Source: an uncultured Pseudomonadales bacterium (GTDB lineage Bacteria > Patescibacteriota > Microgenomatia > UBA1400 > PJMF01). Taken from it: a stretch of DNA of 57,180 nt. Shown here one piece after another: positions 18,221 to 27,347 of the stretch. A model generated the notes under the pieces. That model did not search any database and was not told where the DNA came from. It saw nothing but the letters and a program-made list of their open reading frames with translations. The first letter of the stretch is position 1; each line of letters begins with the position of its first letter. The stretch lies in assembly GCA_964583625.1 (NCBI GenBank), contig CAZOVA010000004.1, positions 1 to 57,180 of the forward strand. The letters run 5' to 3'. The translations under genes and the position numbers were made by a program.

Positions 18221-19924
18221 ATGTTAGGAAATAATGACCGCTATCTAGCTTCTTCTGGTCGATCTCAACCATTGGGAGCGACCATGAGTCGGACAGGCAC
18301 CAACTTTGCCCTTTATTCTGCTAGAGCAACCAAAGCTCAACTCTTAATTTTTAAGGCCAATCATCGCTTTCCAGACAAAACTTTTGATCTTTCACCTAGT
18401 AAAAATAAAACTGGACATGTTTGGCATATCAATCTTGAAGGGATCGAGCCTTTCACTCGCTATGCCTATCGTTTGGCTGGTCCGAGCGATCCAGGAAATT
18501 ATTTCAACTTCAATAAAGTCCTTCTCGACCCTTATGCCAAAGCTATTGACTATCAATTTTATTCTCGCGAACACGCTTGTTTTACCGACGACAATCTCAC
18601 TACTAGTTTGAGAGGGATAGTCTTACCAGAACATCAATTCAATTGGGAAGATGATCGCTTACCAAAAATTCCTCTTGAGAAAACAATTGTCTATGAACTT
18701 CATCCTCGGGGTTTTACTCGTCACCCCAGCAGCCAAACCCGCTTTCCAGGAACTTTTTCTGCTCTTCAAGAAAAGCTTGGTTATTTAAAAGATTTGGGAA
18801 TCACCACGATCGAACTGATGCCAATACTAGCTTTTGATGATGATGTTATTTGGACTAATAGTCAAGGAGAAGAGATGATTAACTATTGGGGCTATTCACC
18901 TCTATCTTTTTTCGCTTTTCAACCCGAATACTTCTCTAGTAATAATAATTGCCAGTTTTCTGAATTAAAAAATTTAGTTAAAAAAGCCCATGAGCTTAAT
19001 TTAGAAATTATTTTAGATGTGGTTTATAACCATACTACTGAGCATAATCATCAGGGACCAACCTTGTCCTGGCGAGGAATTGATAATTTAAGCTATTATT
19101 CAATGTCACCAGCTGACAAAAAATACAATCTTAATTTTACTGGTTGCGGTAATACTCTCAATGCTAATCAGCCAGCTATGAGTCGCTTGATTGTTGATTC
19201 CTTAGAGTATTTAGCCAAAGAATTTCATATTGATGGTTTTCGTTTTGATTTGGGAACAATTTTTTATTTTGAAACAGATAAGTTCACTCATCAACCTAAT
19301 ATTATTAAACTTATCAATAATAATCCGGTTTTGCGCCAATTAAAACTGATTGCTGAACCCTGGGACGCTACTGGTCTGATGATGCAGGGAAGATTTGGTG
19401 GTCCCAATTGGCTGGAGTGGAATGGCGCTTACCGAGACAGATTGCGAAATTTTGTCAATTTTGGTTTGGATAAAAATGATTTTCAAGCTCATTTACGAGG
19501 AGAAGCTCCAGAATTTCAATTCTATCGAAAAAGCTCAGCCTTGTCCGTGAATTTTGTTACCGCTCATGACGGTTTTACTTTAAGAGATTTGGTTTCTTAT
19601 AATGATCAACATAACTGGGAAAACGGTTTTAATAATACTGACGGAGCGAACCAAAATTTTAGTTTTAATTATGGAGCAGAGGGGGAGACTCAAGACTTGG
19701 CCATTCAAACTATTCGTCAAGAGAAGGCTTGGGAAATGCTCACTTACTTATTTGCCACTCCAGGGGTGCCAATGATTTTAATGGGCGATGAAATGTGGCG
19801 AACTCAAGGGGGCAATAATAATGCTTTTTGTCAGGACAATTCTATTTCTTGGCTCAATTGGGATTTATTAGCAGAAAATGCAACCTGGTTTGAAAGAGTA
19901 AAAAACTTAATTAGTCAACATTAA
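18221..19924 (+). CDS. glgX: Glycogen debranching enzyme / isoamylase (GH13_11), short C-terminus
   Basis: NYWGYSPLSFFA, LDVVYNHT, DGFRFDLG, IAEPWD, NFVTAHDGFTLRDLVSYN, MGDEMWRTQGGNNNAFCQDN. Confidence 0.92.
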   Translation: MLGNNDRYLASSGRSQPLGATMSRTGTNFALYSARATKAQLLIFKANHRFPDKTFDLSPSKNKTGHVWHINLEGIEPFTRYAYRLAGPSDPGNYFNFNKVLLDPYAKAIDYQFYSREHACFTDDNLTTSLRGIVLPEHQFNWEDDRLPKIPLEKTIVYELHPRGFTRHPSSQTRFPGTFSALQEKLGYLKDLGITTIELMPILAFDDDVIWTNSQGEEMINYWGYSPLSFFAFQPEYFSSNNNCQFSELKNLVKKAHELNLEIILDVVYNHTTEHNHQGPTLSWRGIDNLSYYSMSPADKKYNLNFTGCGNTLNANQPAMSRLIVDSLEYLAKEFHIDGFRFDLGTIFYFETDKFTHQPNIIKLINNNPVLRQLKLIAEPWDATGLMMQGRFGGPNWLEWNGAYRDRLRNFVNFGLDKNDFQAHLRGEAPEFQFYRKSSALSVNFVTAHDGFTLRDLVSYNDQHNWENGFNNTDGANQNFSFNYGAEGETQDLAIQTIRQEKAWEMLTYLFATPGVPMILMGDEMWRTQGGNNNAFCQDNSISWLNWDLLAENATWFERVKNLISQH

Positions 19925-19985
19925 GGAAAAAAGTGCAAAACTAGCTTGACTTTTACTAAAAAAAACTTACAATATCAGTGTTTTT

Positions 19986-20204
19986 ATGTCAAAAACTATC
20001 AAACTACAACCAAGAACTCATCACCGTCTTTTAGGGAATTTAGATGCCGTCTTTTTAGGGGTAAGCTTGCCCGGTAAAGAAAATGTCGCGCTTTCTAGCA
20101 CCCACAGGCGTTTACAACTACAAAAACTGATCAATCAATGGCTAGCAATCAGCTGTTTCTGTTTTGCCTTGTCCCTTTGTTTCAACTTTATTTTAAATTT
20201 TTGA
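19986..20204 (+). CDS. Small hypothetical membrane protein
   Basis: 72 aa with a C-terminal hydrophobic helix. TTGACT-16-TACAAT lies at 19946-19973. Confidence 0.45.
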   Translation: MSKTIKLQPRTHHRLLGNLDAVFLGVSLPGKENVALSSTHRRLQLQKLINQWLAISCFCFALSLCFNFILNF

Positions 20205-20257
20205 GAAATTTATTTTAAGCTTCTTTGGCAGTTTTAAGGAGTTCTTTAGCTTCTGAT

Positions 20258-20866
20258 TTAAAAATCAATTATCGCTTTGAGTTTGAGCTCATTGTCTTTT
20301 TTTAATTTTTCGTCCCAAGCCCCAGCTTTTTCCACCACAAATTTAAGTTCTTTGGCCAGAACTTTTTGATAGAATGATACTTGCAAGTCAATCATTTCTT
20401 TAGCTTGATCTTCACTTAGCGCAAAAAGATAATCGGCACTTACCACTACCTGACGTAAATTATAGTTTTGTTCTCCGCCTCCTATAGTGAAAAGTAACTG
20501 ATCAGCGACATGAATTTTTTGTGGTCTTACTAAATGACCACGAGTTTGTCCATCACTCAAGTCCCGAGGGTCGCCATAATCTAATTGACCGACATAGGTC
20601 AATTTTTGTTCTTGAGCAAAATTTTCCAAAGTTTCTTGATAAAGATTAGGATTGCGCGATTGCAGTTTCTCGGCCAACCAGTCATCTTCTTGAGTAGAAG
20701 CTAAAACCAGTTCTTGTCCACTGGCTTGACGAAGTGCCTTAATTGCCAAATCAAAATGAGGTAATTGATAGCCGCTGCCCACAAAGCCAAAACGAGTTCC
20801 AGCATTCAACTGGACGCCTTCATCCCCTGAGGTAACTACTAGAGGAGGTTTTTGAGAAACACTCAT
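20258..20866 (-). CDS. Hypothetical protein
   Basis: 202 aa globular-looking ORF with its own extended -10 at 20927-20935. Confidence 0.75.
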   Translation of the reverse strand: MSVSQKPPLVVTSGDEGVQLNAGTRFGFVGSGYQLPHFDLAIKALRQASGQELVLASTQEDDWLAEKLQSRNPNLYQETLENFAQEQKLTYVGQLDYGDPRDLSDGQTRGHLVRPQKIHVADQLLFTIGGGEQNYNLRQVVVSADYLFALSEDQAKEMIDLQVSFYQKVLAKELKFVVEKAGAWDEKLKKDNELKLKAIIDF

Positions 20867-20965
20867 AAACTGTCCAACTTTCTAGACCTTTTGTTCCATT
20901 TTTGGAATAAAACGTTTAAGAGGGGTATTATAGCAAAAATAATCGTATTTGTCAACTTTTTTTGC

Positions 20966-21142
20966 CTATTGCTGCTCATTTCCTTCAGCAATATTAGTCA
21001 TAGCTTGAACACTAGCTAGGTAGTTATTCATTTCTTTTTCCACTTGTTCCCAGTTGCCATCTGCTTCTCGAATGGCATTAAAAACCAATTCCATATCAAT
21101 CAATAACTGATCATCAGTTACAATCATTCTTTGTTTGGACAT
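20966..21142 (-). CDS. Small acidic hypothetical protein downstream of rpsA
   Basis: ATG 21142 preceded by AAAGGGGG, 17 nt after the rpsA stop. Confidence 0.55.
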   Translation of the reverse strand: MSKQRMIVTDDQLLIDMELVFNAIREADGNWEQVEKEMNNYLASVQAMTNIAEGNEQQ

Positions 21143-21158
21143 TTTGCCCCCTTTTCCA

Positions 21159-22250
21159 TTATTTATAGTCAACTGGTAGTTCATTGGTAACTAAGGTCAA
21201 ACTCATGCGTTTATTCTCTTTATCGATGTTCTCTACATTAACAGTAATATGATCATCCTTATTCAGTTTTTGTTCACCCTCCAATTTACTATTGTGAATT
21301 AAGCCGTCAACACCGCTTTCCACATTGACAAAAACGCCAAAAGGTTCCACCCGAGAAACAGTTCCAGAAACAACGCTCCCTACTGGATAACGATCATCAA
21401 TTGTTAACCAAGGATCTTCAGATAATTGTTTAATTGATAAATTTAATTTTTCATTGGCTGGATCGACATCTAAAACTTTTACCTTGATCCGATCACCTAG
21501 TTTATGATAATTACCTGGATGGGTAACTTTTTCCCAAGAAATTTCACTAATATGCACTAAGCCCTCAACTAAACCAATTTCTCCTTTGTCATTAACTGGC
21601 ACTTCGGCGGTGACAAATAAACCAAAAGGCATAAGGCCAGAAACAACTCCATCATAAATAGCACCAGCTTCTACCGCTTGCATAGCTGCATTTTTTTGGG
21701 CTAATTCTTTTTCTTCAGACACATATTTTTCAGAAAAAATCAAACGGTTTTTTTCATGGTCCACTTCAATTGTTTTAACTTTAATCGTTTCCCCTCGCAG
21801 TTTATTTAATTGGCCTAAATAATCTTTGCCAAATTGACTGGAAGGAACAAAGCCTCTCACTCCATTGACCACTACAATCAAGCCTCCCTTATTAGTTTCC
21901 ACTCCTTTAACTTCAATAATCTCATTATTCTTAAGAGCTTGATAAAAGTAATCCCATTTTTGTTTATTAGCTGCTTGACGCAAAGAAAGTAAAATCTGTC
22001 CTTTGTTTGGTTCCACCGCTGTTACTACTACTTCAATTTCTTGGCCAATTTGTAGTTCATTAATATAATCCTTGGCTGCTTCATATTCCTTACCTAAAAT
22101 TAAACCTTCAGTTTTAGCTCCAATATCCACCATGAGTGATTTGTCCGTTTTAGCGACGATAATCCCCGTTACTTGAGTGTCTTTTTTTGGACTAACGATT
22201 TTTTTACTATTTTTGGCCAATAGCTCAGCCATAGTTTTTACTTGCGCCAT
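21159..22250 (-). CDS. rpsA: 30S ribosomal protein S1 (short, about 4 S1 domains)
   Basis: VDIGAKTEG, GVRGFVPSSQ, GLVHISEISWE, FGVFVNVESGVDGLIHNS. SD AAGGAG lies before ATG 22250. Confidence 0.93.
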   Translation of the reverse strand: MAQVKTMAELLAKNSKKIVSPKKDTQVTGIIVAKTDKSLMVDIGAKTEGLILGKEYEAAKDYINELQIGQEIEVVVTAVEPNKGQILLSLRQAANKQKWDYFYQALKNNEIIEVKGVETNKGGLIVVVNGVRGFVPSSQFGKDYLGQLNKLRGETIKVKTIEVDHEKNRLIFSEKYVSEEKELAQKNAAMQAVEAGAIYDGVVSGLMPFGLFVTAEVPVNDKGEIGLVEGLVHISEISWEKVTHPGNYHKLGDRIKVKVLDVDPANEKLNLSIKQLSEDPWLTIDDRYPVGSVVSGTVSRVEPFGVFVNVESGVDGLIHNSKLEGEQKLNKDDHITVNVENIDKENKRMSLTLVTNELPVDYK

Positions 22251-22303
22251 ATGAAAATGGTCTCCTTTCAATAGAGGAGTATTATAACATAAATTCTTAT
22301 AAC

Positions 22304-23521
22304 TCAGGCTATCCAATAGCCTTGAACAAAAAGGGCTAGATTCAAAAGCATTGTTGACGCGCTTAAAATTAGTAGTAAATAAAACCAGAAAGATCTTTTA
22401 GAGGTTTTAAAGGCTAGAAACAACGGCACCGCCAAACAAACTAAAAGATAGCGGGGCATACTAGAAAAGTTCCCTGTGAGAGTGGGCACTAAATAAGCTC
22501 CTAAGCTAAATAGTAACCAAGGAAGAGGAAAAACTTCCTGTTTTTGGCGCCAGTTTTGCCAAAAAGCGCCCAAAATAATGCCAAAATACAATAAGCTTAA
22601 GCAAAATTCTTGAAAAATAGCATAAGTCTTCCAGTCCAAAGGTAAACCGACAATAAACATTTTGAGATAACGATAAATAGTTTGCGGCAAGAGGATGAGC
22701 CTACTGGTTTCCCTCCCGCTACCGAATTGTTGTTGCACGGTCATAAAGTAAAATGGGTCAGAAAAATTTTTATTTAAATACAGCATATAAAATAATAAGC
22801 CGCTGATGCCACCAAAAATTAATAAAATATTCAACCAGTCTTTTTTAACTATCGGTTTTTTTTGTTGCCACAATTTAAATAAATAATCGCCTAGCAAAAC
22901 TAATGGTAATAAGGCTCCGACAATACGAGTAGCAGATAAAAGAGAAGCAAAAAGAGCCACTAAAAAATACTGTTTTTTTTCATAAGCCTTAAAAGTCATT
23001 AAGGTCAAAAATAAAAATAAGCTTTCACTGTAACCAGCTAATAAGAAAAAGCTAGTGGGTAAAAGTAAGCTAATCAAAATAAAATTTTTAGCTAGACTGA
23101 GTGAATATTTTTCTTGTAAAAAAGAAAAGGCGGTAAGACAAAAACCCAAGGCGGCTAGAAAACTAATTAATAAACTCAAAGAAAGAGGACTAAAAGAAGA
23201 AAAACTTAAAATAAAGATCAAAAGAGGGTATAAAGGAAAAAAAGCCTGAACTAGATTGGCAAATTTATAACCATGAGTGGCGATCGTTTGGTAATGAAGA
23301 CCATCAAAATTGTTCAAGCGATAAAAAATATCACTTAACTTTTCGTGGTCGGGAGGAGTGAAAGTTGGCTGATGAGGAAAAACCTCATATTCAACCGACA
23401 GAAAAGTAACTAAATAAATAATAAGAAACCAGCTAATAAAAACTCCCACTACCCAAAAAAAGTTTTTGCTGAGTTTACTAGTTTTGATTTTCTCTAATTT
23501 TGTCTTTAAACCAAAATCCAT
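22304..23521 (-). CDS. GT-C mannosyltransferase (PIG-V/GT76-like)
   Basis: NFDGLHYQTIATHGY, AFFPLYPLL, YSESLFL, RIVG, SMPRY; multi-TM. The start is uncertain. Confidence 0.82.
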   Translation of the reverse strand: MDFGLKTKLEKIKTSKLSKNFFWVVGVFISWFLIIYLVTFLSVEYEVFPHQPTFTPPDHEKLSDIFYRLNNFDGLHYQTIATHGYKFANLVQAFFPLYPLLIFILSFSSFSPLSLSLLISFLAALGFCLTAFSFLQEKYSLSLAKNFILISLLLPTSFFLLAGYSESLFLFLTLMTFKAYEKKQYFLVALFASLLSATRIVGALLPLVLLGDYLFKLWQQKKPIVKKDWLNILLIFGGISGLLFYMLYLNKNFSDPFYFMTVQQQFGSGRETSRLILLPQTIYRYLKMFIVGLPLDWKTYAIFQEFCLSLLYFGIILGAFWQNWRQKQEVFPLPWLLFSLGAYLVPTLTGNFSSMPRYLLVCLAVPLFLAFKTSKRSFWFYLLLILSASTMLLNLALFVQGYWIA

Positions 23522-24509
23522 AAGTAGTTCTAATGGCAATATAAATGGGCACAGCCAAAAGGGCTCCGATAACCCCAAAGAAATTGTAGCCGGCAATAAT
23601 TAAAAGAATACTGATGATCGGGCTAACATTAGCGGCATTCCTCATTACAGTTGGGACGATAAGAATATTTTCCAACTGCTGGATCATGATTGAAAAAAGA
23701 GTTGTCCAAAGTGTCATTTGCCAGCCTCCATAAATCATCGCCAAAATAATGGCGGGAATAGCAGCAATAATAGGTCCAATATTGGGCACGATTTCCAAAG
23801 TTCCTGCCAAAATACCTAGGGGTAAAGCATAAGGCACACCAATTAAGTAGAGACCAACACCCACTAAAACTCCCATAACTAGCATTAAAATAGATTGGCC
23901 GTAAATCCAGCCTCCTAAATCTTTTTCCATTAACAAAATAAATTTTTGCAATTTGACGACCTTTTCTTCATTGTTGGTAAACCAATAAACTTTTTTATAA
24001 AAATCATTGTGTTCCAAAGATAGATGAATAGAAATTACAAAAAGAGTAATTCCTTTGAAAAGAATGCCAAAGGTCCCACCGATTAACTTAAATATTGTTC
24101 CAAAAGAAGAAGCAAAACGACCAAAAATTTCACTCCATTCACGTAAATTATAATTAAAATTGGTAATTTCTTCAGCCAAACCAGGGGCAAGACTATTAAC
24201 ATTTACTTGTTTGAGTAAATTGGCTAATTCACTAATTAAGGCAGGTAGAACTAGGGCTGCTGCCGCTACCGACAAAATCAAAAAAAGGATATAAGAAATG
24301 ATCACCGTCATAACTTTGGGTAGGCGAGTCCATTTGATAATCTGACGGATTGGTTTTTGTAAAGCCAGCATGAGTAAATAGGCGGCAATGACAGTCAAAA
24401 CTAAATCTTTCAAATACCATAAAGCCAAAAGGCCAATAGTTAGACCAGCGACTGTAAAAAAGATAGTTGTGGTTTTGCGACTCAAACTCAAATTTTCTTT
24501 TGTTAACAT
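23478..24509 (-). CDS. AI-2E family transporter
   Basis: Multi-TM, with GWIYGQ, LEIVPNIGP, QQLENILIVP, GVIGALLAVP. Confidence 0.9.
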   Translation of the reverse strand: MLTKENLSLSRKTTTIFFTVAGLTIGLLALWYLKDLVLTVIAAYLLMLALQKPIRQIIKWTRLPKVMTVIISYILFLILSVAAAALVLPALISELANLLKQVNVNSLAPGLAEEITNFNYNLREWSEIFGRFASSFGTIFKLIGGTFGILFKGITLFVISIHLSLEHNDFYKKVYWFTNNEEKVVKLQKFILLMEKDLGGWIYGQSILMLVMGVLVGVGLYLIGVPYALPLGILAGTLEIVPNIGPIIAAIPAIILAMIYGGWQMTLWTTLFSIMIQQLENILIVPTVMRNAANVSPIISILLIIAGYNFFGVIGALLAVPIYIAIRTTYGFWFKDKIRENQN

Positions 24510-24515
24510 AAAAAC

Positions 24516-25544
24516 TCAATCTTTCTGTCGAAAATAATTACCTTGTTCTTTACTCAATTGTAAACGTTTTTGCCATTTTTTCTGCACTAATTTAGTGCGA
24601 CTTTTATTTTTATAGAGAGAACGAATTAATAAAATTATCAGCCAGCCAAAAATTAAAATTATGAGCAGAATATAGGGAAAGGCGAAAAATTTTTGTTCAA
24701 TAATTACTGGCGCGCCTGCCTCTTTTTGTTCACTGCCAAGCTCTAAACTCAAACGATATTCGCCTAAAAGAAATTTTGGCAGCCCAAAAAGAGGGGATAA
24801 ATTTATTTTATCCAAAACAACAGTTGGTTGTTTCAGGCGCGCCTGTCTCATACTTTGCGCTAAAATCAAATCAGGATAAAAAGAAAACTCACTGATATTT
24901 TTACCCGCTTTGTCCAAAAGGCTCACCTTACCTTGCAGGAGCATACTTTGAGGGCCACGATTTTCAATTAGGAGAGGAATGTCTTTTTTCCACCAAGAAT
25001 CGATCACTTTGGGGAGAGGAAAACCAGCAAAATGCCACCAGCTATTATTGACTTGACTTTCTCCCAAAAGAACGATCAAATTACTCCCTAATGATAGGGA
25101 AATATCAGACTTAGTCGCTTCTTTATTTTGTGCTTGCAAATTGAAAAATAGAGTTAAAGGATATTCTTTTTCTGCCAAACCCAAAGGTGGTTGGACTACC
25201 ACTAAAAAGTCTTTGCTCGTTTGAGCTGGTAAGAGTAAGCTCGCTGGTTCGCTGGCTGATTGCAAATCTAAAAAGGGAAACTGATTAATAGCTAAAAAGT
25301 TTGGCTGTCCTTGTTGATTAACAGTAAAACTTTTGCTCTGCAAAGAGACTAGCCAGTCTGTCTCCGTTTTATTGGTCAGAGTGTAATAAAGGGTCTTTTC
25401 TTCGCCTCCTGATAATTGAACTAAAGCATTGATGGGAGCAATCTCTAAACTAGCTGCTCCCGCAGATTTAACCAAAACTCCAAAACTAAAAAGCGAAACC
25501 ACTAAAAACTGCAATTGGATGAATGTTTTAAGAATTTTTCTCAT
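24516..25544 (-). CDS. DUF916-like (WxL-associated) surface protein with C-terminal TM anchor
   Basis: Signal peptide, two beta-rich Ig-like domains (LEIAP...TLTN; IENRG...GKV), C-terminal TM and basic tail. Confidence 0.6.
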   Translation of the reverse strand: MRKILKTFIQLQFLVVSLFSFGVLVKSAGAASLEIAPINALVQLSGGEEKTLYYTLTNKTETDWLVSLQSKSFTVNQQGQPNFLAINQFPFLDLQSASEPASLLLPAQTSKDFLVVVQPPLGLAEKEYPLTLFFNLQAQNKEATKSDISLSLGSNLIVLLGESQVNNSWWHFAGFPLPKVIDSWWKKDIPLLIENRGPQSMLLQGKVSLLDKAGKNISEFSFYPDLILAQSMRQARLKQPTVVLDKINLSPLFGLPKFLLGEYRLSLELGSEQKEAGAPVIIEQKFFAFPYILLIILIFGWLIILLIRSLYKNKSRTKLVQKKWQKRLQLSKEQGNYFRQKD

Positions 25545-25558
25545 TATTTTTACAAAAT

Positions 25559-26416
25559 CTATAAACTTGGTACAAAAGTGTAACTAATAGTATTGGTGTA
25601 AATTCCTGCCTCATTATCAGCTGAAGCTCCAGCTCGGTAGATAATTTGTGTTTGCCGATTAATTAGAGGCTCAGCTCCAGCTGATGCCTCGGCGATTAAG
25701 ACAGCGGCCTCATTTTTACTTTGATTGGCAAAAGGACGAAATTTCGTGCCCGCTCCAAAATCGGCTAAGCTATCCAAACCAGACACGCTATAGCCAAAAC
25801 CAGGAACGCTTTGATTTTCCCATAAGCCAGCTTGATTAATAGTACAGAGACCATCATCACAACTAGTATCCAGTAAACTATTTCTTGCGGTCATCGGCGC
25901 ATCAAAATTTTTATTGGACAAAATCGGTTGATGGTTTTCCTGAACATAAAGTTGGTAACCAGCGGGAGCATTGGAATTAACAATAACATTGCTGCTAGTC
26001 TGGGCCATAATTCCTGGAGTTAGACCAGAAATGTCAGCTGAACTTTGACTTAATTGCGCTGTCTGAGCTTGAACTGTAAAAGGATTTCTTATAGGTGGAG
26101 CCTTTACTAGAAGGTGTCTTAATTCTACTTCCACTTTGTCCAAAACAATGCTCAGACTGGGACGTAAATGAGCCGCGGTGGTGGCATTCAAGTTTGCAAA
26201 CATCCCTTGATCTCCTTCCATAAAATATGTATAGGCATCATAACCTAAAACTTGACTTCCTCCCTCAAGTTGAAAGTTTTGCGAGTCAGCTTTTATATCA
26301 ATAGCCTGCCAATCTCCCGCTTCTAATAAATAGCTTTCAGAAGTAGCCACTTGAGCTTTAGTTTCACCAAAAAAAATCACTAAAAAAACAGCGAGAGAAA
26401 GCAAAAGTTTTTTCAT
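25559..26416 (-). CDS. Secreted beta-rich protein, WxL-like C-terminal domain
   Basis: Signal peptide (TKA/Q), VNSNAPAGYQLYV, CDDGLC, GFGYS, C-terminal GIYTNTISYTFVP. Confidence 0.6.
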   Translation of the reverse strand: MKKLLLSLAVFLVIFFGETKAQVATSESYLLEAGDWQAIDIKADSQNFQLEGGSQVLGYDAYTYFMEGDQGMFANLNATTAAHLRPSLSIVLDKVEVELRHLLVKAPPIRNPFTVQAQTAQLSQSSADISGLTPGIMAQTSSNVIVNSNAPAGYQLYVQENHQPILSNKNFDAPMTARNSLLDTSCDDGLCTINQAGLWENQSVPGFGYSVSGLDSLADFGAGTKFRPFANQSKNEAAVLIAEASAGAEPLINRQTQIIYRAGASADNEAGIYTNTISYTFVPSL

Positions 26417-26479
26417 CTTTATTCCATTATAACAAATAATCTTTTTACTGTGAAGTCTGCTATAATGACATATTATTTT

Positions 26480-27121
26480 ATGTCAAAATATAATTTAATT
26501 TTTGATTTTGATGGCACTATTGCTGATACGTTTTCCCCGACTGTCAAACTCTTGGAAAAAGATTTTCGCCAATGGGGGGATCGTTTTAATAAAGCAGAAA
26601 CCATCAAAGATTTGCGCAGCTTGAGTATCGGAGAAATTATTCAAACCATACCTGGAGGTTGGTGGAAATTTACCTACTTACTTCTCAAAACTAAAAGAAA
26701 AATTAAAAAAATGATGCCAAAAATTGAGGCTTATCCCGGCATTATTTATACTTTACGCTCTCTGCATGAAAATGGTTACCCGCTTTTTATTGTTACTTCA
26801 AATGAAGTGGCAAATGTTAAAAAATTTTTACATCGTTATAATTTAGACAATGTTTTTATTAGTGTGATCTCTACCAAAGGCTTATTTAAAAAAGCGCGCA
26901 CTTTAAAAAAAGTTTTAAAAAAATATCAACTACCTTTGAAAAAGACTTTTTATATCGGTGATGAAATCCGCGATATCCAAGCCTGCAAAAAAATTAACTT
27001 GAAAATTATTAGTGTTAGTTATGGCTTTAATTCAGAGGCTGGTTTGCAAAGACATCGACCAAACTATTTGGTAAAAAAACCCACCAATTTACTTAGCTTG
27101 CTTGAAAATTTAAATGACTAA
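26480..27121 (+). CDS. HAD-family hydrolase (phosphoglycolate phosphatase-like)
   Basis: IFDFDGTIADT, IVTSN, K motif, YIGDEIRDI. Confidence 0.9.
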   Translation: MSKYNLIFDFDGTIADTFSPTVKLLEKDFRQWGDRFNKAETIKDLRSLSIGEIIQTIPGGWWKFTYLLLKTKRKIKKMMPKIEAYPGIIYTLRSLHENGYPLFIVTSNEVANVKKFLHRYNLDNVFISVISTKGLFKKARTLKKVLKKYQLPLKKTFYIGDEIRDIQACKKINLKIISVSYGFNSEAGLQRHRPNYLVKKPTNLLSLLENLND

Positions 27122-27347
27122 AAACCCAAGCTAAAATCATTGTAATTAATAATAAAGACGGTAATAACCAAATAGCTTTTTTGCGACTGCGCTCCTCAAT
27201 TTCTTTACGTTTTTTGCGCTCTTCTCTAGCTAGTTTTCTCTGTAATTTTTCCAACTCCAAAGCAGCAGTTTCTTCCGCCACTTCTTGTGCCTTTTCCTCT
27301 AAATCAGGAATTTCTCCCTCGCTTGAAGTCTTAGACTGTCTTGTCAT
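27093..27347 (-). CDS. Small coiled-coil protein with C-terminal TM helix
   Basis: Charged helix followed by WLLPSLLLITMILAWVF. It overlaps the stop of the upstream gene. Confidence 0.6.
   Translation of the reverse strand: MTRQSKTSSEGEIPDLEEKAQEVAEETAALELEKLQRKLAREERKKRKEIEERSRKKAIWLLPSLLLITMILAWVFSHLNFQAS

Noticed and set aside
19900-20090. Frameshifted continuation of glgX
   Set aside because: The alternative frames after the stop either terminate quickly or do not resemble the GlgX C-terminal domain.
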